Both the position numbers and the translations under genes were made by a program. DNA of 62,565 nt, the filler included, from Choristocarpus tenellus KU-1152 (taxonomy: Eukaryota; Protista; Phaeophyceae), in NCBI GenBank assembly GCA_964200185.2. It is 8 parts of 8 records of this genome, joined end to end, with 100 filler letters (N's around TTAATTAATTAA, not from the genome) between each part and the next. Parts side by side here need not be neighbours in the genome. Positions count along the whole stretch, not along the records: positions 15,118 to 21,460 come from CAXNAD020008345.1; positions 21,561 to 26,326 come from CAXNAD020013141.1; positions 26,427 to 31,637 come from CAXNAD020011495.1; 5 more parts are not named here. The stretch is one strand, 5' to 3'. Below the pieces are notes generated by a model. It was given only the letters and a program-made list of their open reading frames with translations. It was not told the origin of the DNA and searched no databases. Shown piece after piece: positions 15,636 through 30,000 of the stretch; position 1 is the first letter of the stretch, and each line of letters opens with the position of its first letter.

Positions 15636-17423
15636 GCATCCTTGGACCGGACAGTGAAGGTATGGGATGTGCGGAGCCTGGGTAGGGGGAAAGGAAAGAG
15701 AAGTGAGAGCTCAGCAAAGCCAAAGGTGTTGGCAGAGATGCCTCACCACCGCAGTGTAAACAGTGCGCACTTCAGCCCAGGGGGGGGGGAGTGGATGGTT
15801 ACAGTGGGGCAGGATGATAAGTTACGCCTCTATAGGGATGTTGCGCAGCAGGCTAATGGAGTAAAGGTACAGATATATAGAGGATTTTGTGTACCACCAC
15901 TAATTCCCCTAACCCTAGACCTGGTGTGCGTGGTGACTTTGAAATGTTGAGGTGATTTTGTTTGGAAAATTAAGGAAGAAAGCAGTAAATGACAATAGTA
16001 ATGACCCTTTTTTTTGTATATTTGCCTCTCCAGATATCTCCAGAGCACGTCATGCCCCACAACAATCAGACAGGAAGGTGGCTGACCAAGTTTCAAGCAG
16101 CATGGGATCCTAAAAGTACTGGGCTGTTTTCTATTGGGAGCATGCAGAGGGAACCTCACGCGGTGTGCGTTTGTGTACACATATCATCCAAAAATTGGAT
16201 GATATGAATTGTGATTTTAGGAGAATTTCCGTGCCCTTTCTCCCCCACCACCCCCCCCCCCCCCCCCCCCCCCCAAAAAACAAACAAAAACAAAAAAGAC
16301 GCCAAACGGGAACACCCNNNNNNNNNNCCCAAACGACAACTAAGTAGTGTAATGACTGCACAGTGTCAATGAGCATGCTCGCACATATGAACAAGTGGCT
16401 TCGTTGTACCATGTCTCAACAACAAAAAATTGTGTCTGTGTGACCTGTAGACCATGTTCAGTCAAACCATAAGGACCAAATCGACCTGGAAGTTGTCAAA
16501 TGGAACAAAATTCAGGATGTGCGACATGCAGGGAACTACGTCTAGCTGCTCTGGAGCACCCTAGAACTGATCAACAACCACCACAACAACACATTCCACA
16601 ACTTACTAATCTCTCGTAGGAAGCCCAGAATATGAATGCTAACAAAGGACAAACAAGGTTTATTGCTCCTTATTCTTACTGTTGTATGTGGATCATGCTG
16701 AGCGGGAGATCTGTGTTGAGTGTTTTTGAAGCAGGCATCTATGGATTTGTTGAGGTTCAGGGGCAGGGTCATTTCATTGACACACATGTTAAGTGAGTTC
16801 TTGGAGCTAGTGCACCGCAAACTTTGTGTTAAGTGATGCCCTTACGGCTGAGCAATGTGCCCATTTGTGATCAGGAATAGCAAGGGAGTTCGTGCTGGAG
16901 AGGCCTATGTGGCAGAGAGCATCACAGGATTTGCAAGTGGTACTTCATGATCCAAAGATCTGGTGTTCACTTCACACTCATCATTCAACCAATTCATCCA
17001 CAACCTATCTTTTAGTGAAGTAATATTTTGAAGTAGATTTTTTTATTTCAAACGATTCCATGCACAAATGGATCAACTCCAAAATGCTGAAAAAGAAGCC
17101 CTATCATTGTGTACATTATTGGTCATGATGATGTTGATTTCTTAAAGAAAATGATGAAAAGGTAGAGAATCTACGTAAGTTCACTTTATTTACATATATG
17201 AGAATTTGTTCCTTGTTCTTTTTGGTTTCCACAGGTTCATGTCTACAGTGTTCGAAGTGCCAGTAAGGGAGGTGACAAAGAAAGCGGGAAAGGCCATCCC
17301 TCTGCTGTGAAACTGGATGGGGGGGATGTCATGACATCCATACAGAGCCTGGTGGTTTTCCACCCGGGAAGGGATATTATTGCAGGAGTCAATTCCAGTG
17401 GTCGGGTGCATGTCTTCCGTTAA
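15636..17423 (+). CDS. WDR76: WD40-repeat protein WDR76/Cmr1 (DDB2-related), C-terminal 3 exons
   Basis: Exons 15636-15866 (ASLDRTVKVWDVR...HRSVNSAHFSP), 16034-16162 (HNNQTGRWLTKFQAAWDP, the WDR76/Cmr1 signature) and 17235-17423 (...FHPGRDIIAGVNSSGRVHVFR*). All introns are phase 0 GT-AG. Confidence 0.88.
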
Positions 17424-20400
17424 TCATACTTCAGTGTGTCTATCTGTCTGTGCTTGTCTTGATGTTAGGGCCTGTCATGGGCAGGAATGTCAATAGGGTT
17501 GCGATTTAGTTGATGCTACAGTATGACAGTGAGAGAAATTGATGAAGATGTGTTAGGTTTAGCCTCTTCCGTTGGTGGTATAACTCATACCCTCATACCA
17601 AGACAACAATCCCATATATATTGTCAATGGAAATCTCTTGTTTCTCGACAAAATGGGCGACCCTTTGCATTTTATGGTCCTATTTCATTCTAGTACGGGG
17701 GGCAAGGGTGGTGTTTTGGGTGCGAGAGTATGATATTTGGTCTCTACATATCAGAGGAAGGAGAAATAATTGGATCCCACCCCAAAATGTGAGCACAGTA
17801 GGTTTCATATATAGTGGTACGCACACTGACACACACTAGGTTTGTGATCAGTTTTTTTTTTCCTCTTCATATGAGGGTGGAGTGATGATATGCTTTCCCC
17901 TTTGATAAGGCCAAAACTACAGCTCCAAACCATCCAAAGTTGGACTACCATGGTTATATATATGTGTGTGTGTGTGTGTGTTGGTTCAAGTTTAGCGACC
18001 CATCTCTCATGTAAAACTCCTACCTCCAAACAAATTCTTATTGCACTGAATATTATTCATTTAATTTTTCAAATGGCATTATGTTGCGTCTCCTATAGTC
18101 CAGCCCAAGATGGGTACCACTCAAGCACCAACTTAAGACAACATTTGGAACTGTTGAATTAAGTGAAACATGTTGCCCCCCTATTGTTGTTCCAAGAAAA
18201 CTCAGACTCAGTTGAGAACTTTACAAAGCCAAAATCATCATAGTGTCGCCCTCTGATTACCTCAAACAAGTAAAGCTTGTTAGGACTACTACAAATAGAC
18301 TTTAAACTGCTGTTATGTTGCTCCCAATGTACCAAAAAGTTCAAAGGTATACTAAGAATTCTGTTTTTTTTTGTTGAGGCAACACCATAGTTCCATTTTA
18401 GCGTAGCCCCCCCCAAAATCAAGTTGAAATGGAATATATCTGGTAAATATATATTGCTGAAGTGGCAACAGCTGCCTCCATAGACCTCTACTTTTGCCTA
18501 TCCCCAAATAAAGTAAATTAGAGTCAAACCTTCAGGCATGTATTTATCAGGCAATTGTATAATGTCACTTTCAGCATTGAATTGTTGACATGTACAGCCA
18601 ATGGGATACAGGGCTGTTACTTATGATATTTCATAGTTTCAACCCTAAAACTCGCGTGTACTGGATCTGTAGAAGAATATGCAGGTTGCCCCTTCCTTCC
18701 CTAATGGTTAGGGGAGTCTTCCTCATATTCAACGCGTTGTTTTTTTACTTCAAGGACCACAATGAAAGAGGCATCTACTCCAATACAAATGAATAGCCAC
18801 AAAAGGTATATATGAATTGGTTGTTTTGGTGGTGTACCAGTGTTCTCATATCAAGCTGTTAAATGGCGCAGCAAAGAGGAAAAAGAAAAGGCATTAATGC
18901 ACAGGTTGGGCTTAGTTCTTTCCCACTTTCCCCAGAGGAATCGGCACCTAGAATAGGACAGCGTTTAGAAATTGGTGTCAAAACTTATCCCCACAAGCAA
19001 AATATTTTCTCTGCTGCTCAGTGTTCGAGTTAGCTGTAGCCAATCAATGTGAATCATCACAATTAGTCAAGGTGTGTTTGGTGCACCAAGTAGTACCATT
19101 GTTTATACTTTGTACTGCTCAGTATTGTATTGTTGGACAAATGAGTGTAGCATCAGGTCGGTTTGAGTTCGCTGTGAAGGCTCTATCCTTCCTGGCATCT
19201 GGATCATTGAGCATGGTGTAGTACCGGAGGACTCCCTTGGAAGTACAGCACTAAATCATGATTTCCCACTCTGGGAACCTGATAGGCAAGAGGCAATATA
19301 AAATGACATTCAACGACATTTATCATGTACGTTCGTATTGACTAGAAGTAAATTCTGTTGGATAATGTATTATAATATAGTATGTCGAGCCAGTCCCTAT
19401 TCCATGTAACAGTTGCGTACGTATCCACGTGACTATATGTGCGTGTGTGCATAGTATGACAAACACTACATAGATGTGCCTCGTCACCTACAGCTCCATC
19501 TTGCGGGATAATATTGGGGCACTGTCGTGACATACCATAAGTGCCTAAATGTTTCGAGGAACCGAATTAATAGAGGGCTACATTGAAACGAGCGATTAGA
19601 TAATGTATTTGGAACACTTCAGAAGGGATGTCTTTATAAAACCACGTACTGTGCTGTATATAGAGATTAAATAGCGTGTGTGAATGTGGCAGTCTGGCAT
19701 CTTCCAGGATACCATGGTGATACCACTCAATGGATAAATGCTATCAATGATGATGTAGGCTTTTCACTGCCAACTGTCCATGTCCCTTCCAGGCAAACAA
19801 TTATTGCTCATGTTGTAGTAGATCCTGTAGTTCAAAAAAGCATGCTGCCATCGTCAACGAAATGAAAATCCAAGAAAATCGACATGAAATACGTGCCCTC
19901 ATGAAGAAGAACGGTATCGAGGTGGGAATAGGTTCAGGCACAAACCTGTCACTAACATCAATGGGTAGCTGTGACTAGTCTTGTTCATCAGGAGTGACAA
20001 ATTCAGCCCCATCAAAAAAGTGGTACACACACCCACACAGAAGTTAGTTACACTAAACTACTGAAATTCCCACTCATATACTTGAAAGTACATTAATCTA
20101 TGCATAGTATGTACTGCAGTGGTAACGCAGTAGCATCATACTAAGCAGGTACGGCAAGAGGATCTTCCGAAAGCAGACCAGGAAATTATATAGGATCTGC
20201 TGCTTTGGTCGGTGATAAGATATTACTGATATTCTTGGACAAGGAATAACCTAGTTATGCTCCCACCATAATGAATATCATACTAGACTTACAATCACAC
20301 CATCCCCCACTTTACTACTGAGCGGAAATAATGCAGAGTATATTCCCAGAGTAGTCTGTAGCCATCACCAGAAATGGCATTTTGCATCATTATTTGTTGC

Positions 20401-21981
20401 CTTGAAGTACCTTGCTCTTCTATAGTATTATTGTTGGAAGTTTCAAAATGTAAGACAAACACATCTACACCCTCTACTTAACCAGACAAATGCTCTCCTT
20501 CCACTACAAACTAAACATAGAGTTCCCACGGAAAGCAGCAGATGATATCCGTTAGTGTTTATGAATCAAACACATGAGTTGAAGTCAAATCAACTGGGAA
20601 AATGTCGATTATCCCAGTTACGACATGATGGAAACGTACACACAGCACACAATGGAGGCATGGAGGCTCGCAAATCGCTGAACTACTCAAACAGTTCGTG
20701 CAGGATGCATTAAAGCAAAGTAACCAATAGGAAATTCACCTCTTGATTTTAGGTTTAGATCGACCTCGATCGTATTCAATCATATTGATTCGATCGGCAC
20801 AGGTCACAACACTAATACTAATTATGTATGTGTACACACAAGCAAACCATACCTGTCCATCTATAGCTCTTGGTGATCATGACACCAGCATTGTGTCATG
20901 CTTTGTGTTGCGTTAAAGTAGGGGAAGACGATAGTCTGGAGACTACAATTGTAGAAATGATTCAGTTTTGACAACACTGTTTTTGGACCAACAAAAATAG
21001 CGCTGTGCAAGCACATGGAAACCTGAGATTGGTGTCCTGCTTCATACCCAATGAACGTTTTCATAAGCTGTCATGGGGGAGAAGCAACAGGCAAGAGAAC
21101 CATACTACACACAACTACAGGGTCTGCATTACTAACAACAAAGGTCATCCAAGTACGCAACATTTGTCATAATACATCCAAAAATAAGAAACAAAAGATA
21201 AGCTGAGATCGGGAACCCAAGTGAGGTACAACACGTTAACCATACAAACCATCCTCACACCTTTCACATAATATATAACCTCCAGTCTATCTATGGTGAT
21301 TCTGCAACTATCAACATGCAATACCAGCAAGCACCAAACTACTACAAGGAACTGGACAAGTTCGGTCCTGGAGGGGTCTTTTTCTCACCCAGCCAATGGG
21401 TGCTCTCTGCTCTTCATCCTCCCGGGTCAAAGTATCTTGGGGGGGGGGGGTGGTTTGTGANNNNNNNNNNNNNNNNNNNNNNNNNNNNNNNNNNNNNNNN
21501 NNNNTTAATTAATTAANNNNNNNNNNNNNNNNNNNNNNNNNNNNNNNNNNNNNNNNNNNNTACCCCCCCCCCCCCCCCCCCAGATTGGGTGTTTATAGTA
21601 CTAACCTGCAAGGCAATCAACAATATATAATGAATGCCATAAAGGATGAGTGTGTGTGTGACGATTTCCGTTTCTCAGCTGCAACAACACAAAAAATGAA
21701 CGTACCAATGGGCCAACAAAATGGTGTCTACGCCCAATGGTCTTGTCCATTTCCCCTGGAAGTCTCAATTTCGGTGGACCATAAGGAGTGAAGGCTGAGG
21801 ATTGCAGTAGTGAAGGTCTGGAATGCCACATTGTTCCCCAACAGGTGGACGGATCAGTTAGCACGAGTAAGACTTCATGGTCCAGGCATATGGCAAGGAG
21901 AGCACCATGAATGCGACATTGGGTCAAATGTAATATGGGGTGTTCCTATTTGACGTGGAGAAAGAGGTAGGGTGCACTCAC

Positions 21982-24900
21982 TTTGTTGAGCACACCGTCG
22001 TCACCAATAATAACCTCAAGCTCTGCCCATGTTTCTTTTCCTTTGTCCCCCAGTAATGCCTGCTGGACCTCAGCAAGGGCTTGGGTGAAGGTCACGTTTT
22101 TCTTCTTCTCACTAATCCTCATGGCAGTCCTAATAGCGAGGTCATCTGTCGGTCTAGTCCCATCTGCCATTGGAGCACGTGGGTAGTGACTTGCCACAGA
22201 TCCCCCAATGTATGCGGATTCTTGAGTTCCGTGCAATGGCTCCTCTACAAGACCAAGATGCTTGTGTCCTGCATCGATTCTGCTGTCACTGGACACATCT
22301 GAGGTTCTTGGGAGTTGAAAATGACTCTCAGTTGTTGCTCCTTTTATTGATATGAAATTGAATCCCTGTGCGATCCCACTCCGATCATCGGCAGTGCCAA
22401 ATGTTGATGCCCCATGCTTGTGCCTTGCTTCTTCTCCTGACCCTACTACAAAAGGTATTTCTCCAACGTGATCTGAGGTGCTTGAGGCAATGCCCTCAAA
22501 CCCCTGCACAGATTTTTGTGAACCTAGTACAGATGGTAAATTTTTTGACTGTTCCCGCCAGAGCTGGTCAGCATCCACAGGATCTGCTTGGGAGGGGCTA
22601 TGTAAACTCGTCATCTTTGCCACAGACCCCACATTAGACACACCAATTGCTGCATTACGTTGTGAGTTCAATGGAGTCCTTCCCACAATTTCTCCTGCAA
22701 TACTTGATACAGACCCAGGTAACCTGTTTCCTGATGTATCATATGAGGATTGGGTTGTGCTTTTCACCCAAGGAGTACCAGATAGGTGGTTTTCAGACCC
22801 ACCACTTGCAAATGTCATCGTAGGGACTGAAGACATTGCGATTGGTTCTGAGTTCCCGCTAAGAACTGAAACTCCCTCATTGTATACACTGTCAGGAGTA
22901 TGCAAAGCCGTGTGTATACTGAGAAATGATCTTTCTGGAACAAAATGTCTCTCTACTTCATTTTGACCAACTACTGATGACGGAATCTTGAAGTTCGCTT
23001 CAAAATCTGTGCAGTTTTCCACACAAAAGCTGCCCTTCCTACTGAGCTCCTTGCTCTTGCTATGAGTAATGCTATATCCTTCCTCACTGTCCTGCCTTCG
23101 AATAGTAGAGTTGTCCAAAATTCGGGGCTTAATGCCTACCTTTTCTTCACTGACTATGGTGGCGACAACCGTCAACCAGTTTGTTCTGGTTCCACTAGAT
23201 CTAATGATTCCCTCTTTATCTATGGGAACGGATGTGGCATCAGTTTCTGTACTATTACATAACAGTGTTTCGACTCTTGGATATACCTTATCCATAGTAG
23301 GACAATTTCTATTTTCAAAACCTGTTTCTTCCTGTGGGTCTGAAAACCTACCCACTCCTGCTGAGTGATCTATTACAGCACCTGTCTCTACCTCTGTACC
23401 TACTCCTATTCCCACTCCTCCCCCCACATCTGTTGCTTTCTCCCCTAATCCCCGCAAAAATTGCCCTGGTCCAGTCTTTGCCTCTACTCCTGACTTTATT
23501 TCATCTATGTGTTTGATTGCCGTTGTAGCTGATTTTGGATCCAGATGTATATCAAGGTTCTCAACAATTGACAAAAAGTTCCTGTCAACTCCCCTGGTCC
23601 TACATTCTTGTTGCTGTGAAGTGGGAGCACCTTCTTGTACAGGAGTTGAGTTTCCACATCTTGACACATTTTGTGATCCTGTTGTTGTCATCACCTCCTT
23701 GGCATTACTCAAGACGTCAGCCCCACCACTCATAGTGAGGTGTTTCCCCTCTATATCCGAGTCTTTCATGGAGAGCATCACTCTTGGTCCCTCTCTATTG
23801 TTGTGATCAACGCCCCCTGCTTGAAAATATTCACGTGTAGTGAGCAACGAGGAGATCGTGGGACTGGTGGAATCTTTGAACTCAATCACCCTCTGTGTGC
23901 CCCCAGTATCACCACAATATGGGACCTCACAAGCATTGCATTCCCCAAGTTGACCAGGAGAGAGAGGGGCTCTGCTATCAGTACACATCAAATGACTTGA
24001 CTGAGACTTTTCTATCCATGGTGCAGGGTTACATTGGGTATCAGATGGAACACCTTTACAGGAATCGTTCAGTGTCAGTGTGGTCACATTTTCGGCCAAC
24101 AGGTCTCTTGTAAGTTGAGGTTTTATATCAGTACCTGCGGATATACCAGATAAACAGGGGGTTTGAAATGCATCCACTGTTTTTTCCTGCGATAAACAAT
24201 ATTCCTTTGGTATTATATATGGGGATGGATTTTCTGCAAGCACTGGTCTCCAAATATCAGAATCCGCCTGCCCCAATTGCTTACAGACTTGCTTACTGTC
24301 ACCTGGTGGTCCCTTGAGCCTAGGTTCTCCACTAAAATGGTTAAATAACGTTGGCTGCTTAGCAGATTGAGCAGTGTTGATATGAGCAGGACTGGCAGGA
24401 GCCTGTGGTCGCATCAGTGAGTGTGGATTACTGATGCCACTATGCGTGTCCCTTTTCCTCCCCATTCGCATCTCACCCTCTTCATCCCCTAGATTGGTAT
24501 ATTCGACGGCCTGCGACTTACTGCCATCCTCCATGTGTACCCTGAGGCCTGATGTACCAACCACAGTAGGTTGGTGAAAGCCTTGGTTTCCATTACCATT
24601 ACTACTGGCTCCACTGCTGGTAGGTGTTCTACGTCCAGAGTCTGTCTGGACCAAACCCACCACCCCAACTACGGGCACCTTGGAAGTCTCCTGCCTTCGC
24701 CATTCATTCATGGATATTGACCCTATCCTCCCTATGCTAGTTGGTAGACACCCAGGAGCATCATCGCCTTGACTATTGCCTAGCTGTGGCACACTTGGGG
24801 TGCTGAAGCTTGCCGTTGGAGTCTCCACAGGGACACCACGAAAGGCTGACATGTTTCGGTATGATGCAGGGCTGTGGAGAACTTCAGTGATGTCCTTTGC

Positions 24901-24998
24901 TGGCTGTTTCTTACCTATGGTGTCAGTTTCAGGCATGCTGGTGCGGAGCACATCGTTGAGACTAAGGCCATGTTTGCTGAGAAGGAGCTGAAGCCGTG
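21982..24998 (-). CDS. Giant (~3 kb) internal exon encoding a Ser/Gly/Thr-rich, probably disordered region of an unknown protein
   Basis: A 1033-codon stop-free frame bounded by acceptor CAAGCAG (about 24999) and donor AAA|GTGAGT (21981). A possible next exon is 21755-21706 (GKWTRPLGVDTILLAH). Confidence 0.8.
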
Positions 24999-25479
24999 CT
25001 GCTTGTGTTGTGTTGTGATTGGGGCGAGGGGGGGGGGGGGTTATCAAGTACAGCCTGAGGAAGAGTGCAGCACCATTGGCTGGATTTGTAGTAAGTCAAT
25101 TCCTATAAGTATCTTGCTTTGAGAGTCAGATGCCAATCTTTTCATGTGTCCTGGATCATCAGATGCTGCACATTTTCACAGCAATTAACAAAGTAGCCCA
25201 AAAGGCAAAGTGGTTCCTTTTTTTCACACCAAGAGGCGTACTTATCGCATTATTTTTGTCACCAGTTCTGCTGCAAGAGTAGGAATGTCAGAGAGGGCAG
25301 TCAAAACAGGCTGGTCTTTTCCCTATCGAGTTACACTATCATAGTAGTAGTGTCCCTTCATAATGGCTACTACACAGTACTCACTGATCAGCAAGATCGT
25401 TGAGTGGTTTCATGTCCAAGTTCTGATTCGCTGTTTCCTTGCTCTTTTTGAGGGCCGTTTTAGTTCATTTTGCTATCAT

Positions 25480-25739
25480 GAGCGAAAGTATCTTGGAGGG
25501 TAGGAGTTTTGCCCTGTTTGTCCATTTAGGGCTTGGATTCCCACGTTTTTTTTAATGGCTTTTTATCTACTCCAAAATGTTTAGGAGTAGGTAAAACGAA
25601 TGTGGTACGAAAAGTTGTGTCTGGAACAAGGATATTGATACTTACTAACAAACACAATAGCCAAATTTGCATCAAACTTTCAACATTGGATTTTGGCTGT
25701 CAAACGGACGCAGATGTACCCTCTAAGATACTTTGACTC
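25480..25739. mobile_element. MITE family A, copy 2 (reverse orientation)
   Basis: GAGCGAAAGTATCTTGGAGGG ... CCCTCTAAGATACTTTGACTC, with an internal sequence homologous to 7276-7534. Flanks are TCAT/TCAT. Confidence 0.85.
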
Positions 25740-27042
25740 TCATGCTGCGCATATTTCTGTTCCAACTCAGATACATACGCCTATAATTATTGCTACCATA
25801 AAGTCTATACAAGTGAATGCTCCTCCAGGAAATACTAGAGTAAATTCAAATTGGCAACACCATTCTTCTTTGGGTCGTTAGGAAGATAGAGGTCGACAAC
25901 GTCCTGCAGGAGGAGCGGGCATGGACAGGTGGCTCTGGGTAAGACCTATTGGTACACAGGGTAGGTTCGCTCATACCACTGCTACCAACATTTTCTGTTC
26001 CACTTTGAAAATATTTCTGACCTCTTTATTGTCTTCTACTAATATTATTATTGTCTACCTCCACGTGCAGTCAAATATTGAAGCACCTTCACTACTTCTG
26101 AACTTGTTGAAGGGGGCACTGTGCTTGGGCATCATGGTAAAGACAACAAATTGATGATGCCATCTGTCTGTTGCCATTGTTGTTGCTGACCTCTTGTATT
26201 CACAATCCATTTGTAGTTCGAGAAATCAGGACAATGCCCACACTACAAAAAAATACTTTTCACTACCCCCCCTGCCCCCCCCCGCCCCTCCCCCCCCTCG
26301 CGAGCGCCAGCGTTGCGTTACTGCGTNNNNNNNNNNNNNNNNNNNNNNNNNNNNNNNNNNNNNNNNNNNNTTAATTAATTAANNNNNNNNNNNNNNNNNN
26401 NNNNNNNNNNNNNNNNNNNNNNNNNNGGGGGGGGTGGGGGGGGGGGGGGGGGTTATTTATGCAACAAAAGTGTGCCACATGAGTGGGGTCTATAATCTGG
26501 TAACAACTCAAGCATTTGTTATGTTTTGTTATGCTCAGGGGTGTGTCTGTTGGTTATGAAAATATCCTATGTGCCATAGTATATTCAGTATCAAACATAA
26601 GATTAGAGCACGGGTGATTGGTGAGGGGTGGGGGGATTGGACTTATATCCACAATTTCTCATTCTTTTTTTTTTTCTCTATGCAGAATACAAGATTCTTG
26701 TGTATGCAACAGTCAACCCTGAACCCGTTTCACCAGAACAAGAAATGGAGTGTCAAGTATGGTTCCAGGATCTTGAGAGTGCACAAGTGCCATATGCATG
26801 TGGTGATGGGCTGCACAGTAACTACGTATGCCCTCATATTATTGTTGCATAACCCTAAACTTTTTTTTTTTGGTTGCTGGAGGAATGACGGAACACCTGT
26901 TCAGTGTATGTACACATACATGTGTGTGTGAGACTCGGTTCGAACTGTACCTTTTCTAGTACATTTTCTAGTACCTTTTCTTGCACATTTCTTATTGCTG
27001 TATTGTTGATGCGGCATCGGTCGGTCCTTATCTGCCTGCAAG

Positions 27043-30000
27043 GTCCCATTCCGGCTTCATTATCACACCTCACCAAACTGGAATATCTGGATCTTTCCTG
27101 CAATTCTCTCTCTGGTATGTACATGTAACGTGTATTTCGTTTACTATATTCGTGAAATGAATCTATGCGTGTGAGGGGTTTGTTGCTGTTGGGATTATTG
27201 TGCGCATGATATATATATATGTATATAAGTATATATATATATACACGTGTGTGTGTATTTATGTATATATTTAAGTATGCCAGATTTTTTTCTGGAATCT
27301 TGATCTCCAGCGTGTGCCTTTTTTGAACCCATATGATGATATGCATGTGTGGTGCATATGCTTTATAGGAGATTCATTTTATTTGATATTTATATTACTT
27401 GACAGGCGATGATTTCCATTGCACGTTGTTTGGTGCCTTCCTTGTTTGCTATCCATACTTTCTGGACCGGCCTGCTCTCTTACTCCCCATGTGCATGCAG
27501 ATAGAGCACTGGATGCATACGTTCTCACTTTCTTCTGAATCATGGGAATACCCTTACATAGTATGGTTGTAGGTGCTTTCTAAAGGTTTTTTCTTGCTTA
27601 TCAAAATGAAGAATAGTGTCTCGTGTACCTTGACGATTTGCTACATTTATACATAGTAATAACAATCCACCTATAATATACTTGTTTTTATTTATTTTTG
27701 TGAATTTCTTAAAATACCCTAACCCTAACCCTAAATACCTTTCAGAGTCCATTCCTGCAGACCTGGCGAACATCAACACCATGAGGAAGATCGTGTTGCA
27801 CACAAACAACCTGCAAGGTAAAATGGAGGACTTTCATTAGCCCCTGGCCAAGCATATTGCAAAAGTGTGGATCACACATACCCCCACCCCCCCCAGCTTC
27901 CCACCAATGTATCACCCCTGTATGTTATAGGTTGAAGTACTGCTCTGTGTTATTGAATTGAGCTGTCAAGGAAGTGTGCTTGTCCTGGAATTGTTTATCA
28001 GTACTTCGATGAGCACAACAAAGGCCTTGTACTCTCTCTACAAAATGTAGCAGAGTGTTACATACGTTATATAGAGTGTTACATACATAGAAATAAAAAA
28101 TCTAGAAAATCACCTACGTTGTAGCTCTCACTGGATCAATATGCACTGTAGTTATTCTTAGTTATTCTGGAATTCTCTCTTGCGAAAATTGATATTTCTC
28201 CTGCTACTGGCAAAGAGCACCTGAAGTTTCTAACTAAATACACTGCTAAACTTGGCCTACCTGCCTGCCTGCCCTCCTGCCTGCCAGTTGTATTTCACTG
28301 GAGAGTTTGGGCTCCGCCTTTTCTTTGTTTTTTGTTGAGATACCACTCACTTGTGACATCTAAAGGCACATCTATTTCTTGCTGGGTGCCGGTTTTGTAT
28401 TTCTTTGTTACGAATTACTAACTGTTGTTACTGCAGTGAAATCCACTTGTGTTTGAGAGTAAGATGTGGGTGCTGGAAGGTGTTGAGGACGAAGAGACTT
28501 TTTCGATTTTTTTTTTCAGTAGTCTTGTTATTTTTTTGGGGGGGGGCAAGGTGATAAGTCTGGAAGGTGTATGCTTACAATTAGGTTCTCTACCTTGACT
28601 GGACAAAATAAGAACACATGGTTAGGAGTATATGAGAAGATAGTGATAGTGCACTCTCACAGCAATAAAGTAAAATAGTACTCATTATTGCATTACTGTA
28701 TGTGCCCCTTCCCAACACCAGTATTCATGTGATCTTTCTCACTACATGTTGTATTTTGTGTTGTGTTTGTGTGTGTGACCACAGGTAATCTTCCCCGAGC
28801 TTTATCTACCCTTCCTTTGCTGAAGGTGTTTGATGTGGACTGGGAAGCTTTTTCAGGTGAAGCTATCAAGACGTTCTGGTTTTGTTTGTGTTTGGAAGGG
28901 ATTGGATTCGCCCCTCCAGGTCAGGCAGTTCCTTGACGGAGGAGGAGGTTGCATCAAGTTAACTAATCTGATGTGGTACACAACCTTTACATAGCCACCT
29001 TATACCAGAGTACTCTCACTCTCTCCATGAGAGTCAAAATAATGCTGTTCACCTGGCCGTTATCAGCCACCTGAATCTTTCTTGACGGGGAGGGCTTGAA
29101 GCAGTTCCTACACTCCCCCTTTGCTTAGAGTGAAATTAAATGAGGTATCCAGATTCACACAGATACATAAGCAACACACGCATACAATATATAGCAAAAA
29201 GATCAATCCTTAGAACATTTGAAGAGCAAACACATGGCAGAGAGAGAGCAGAAACCTTTGGCATGATTAACTAGCAAAATTTCAATTGCAGAGTTGCATT
29301 TTAAGGATGCTGACAAACACGTTCAAAATTCGACTGTTTCTATGAATGGAATGTGTATAGGATATGATGTTTTCTGAATTATTTCCCAAAATTTCAAACA
29401 GAGAAATTAACGCTCTCAAGTCAAACTCAGAACCTCATAGACACATGAGTGAATTGCAAAAGATTAAAAAACAGACTTCAAATGCAAAACGGCCAAGACC
29501 TGGGTACCTCTTGTTTACTTTGGCTCTTTACTGCTGATCACCGAACGGGGCAACTGGGCGACCACATAAACTTGAAGAACATGTCAACTTCAACAATAAG
29601 AGGTTGCTGGAAGGAAAAACAGACTACAGTGACTCGATTGCATGACTTACTGAAGTGTATTCTTGTAAACAACTTTATTTTCTGTGTAGTCATTCTTACT
29701 TTTTATGTGCATCCTGAATGTTGGTCGGTATGGTATGAACGATAAATAACCCATCCAGAAAAACTTGCATATGAACTCTTACAAACCTTGTTCTACCCTA
29801 CACCCCACCTTCATCTAATATACACCCCACCTTCATCTGATATCCTGGTTTGTACTTCTGTGTTTCTTCCTTCTTTTTGGGGGGGGCACATGACACAGAA
29901 ACCTACCCATTCAGACACTTGCAGCGAGAGATCAAGCACAGAAAGCATGGTGAGTTTAATATATCTTGTTGTTACAGCTTCTGCCATCTGACCCCCTCTA

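Noticed and set aside
20155-20240. Imperfect hairpin (miRNA-like)
   Set aside because: The pairing is short and interrupted, with no further support.
19760-21070. Possible minus-strand exons downstream of WDR76
   Set aside because: The candidate exons could not be joined in a consistent open frame.
22081-25122. Plus-strand ORFs overlapping the giant exon
   Set aside because: They are antisense shadows of the 1033-codon frame.
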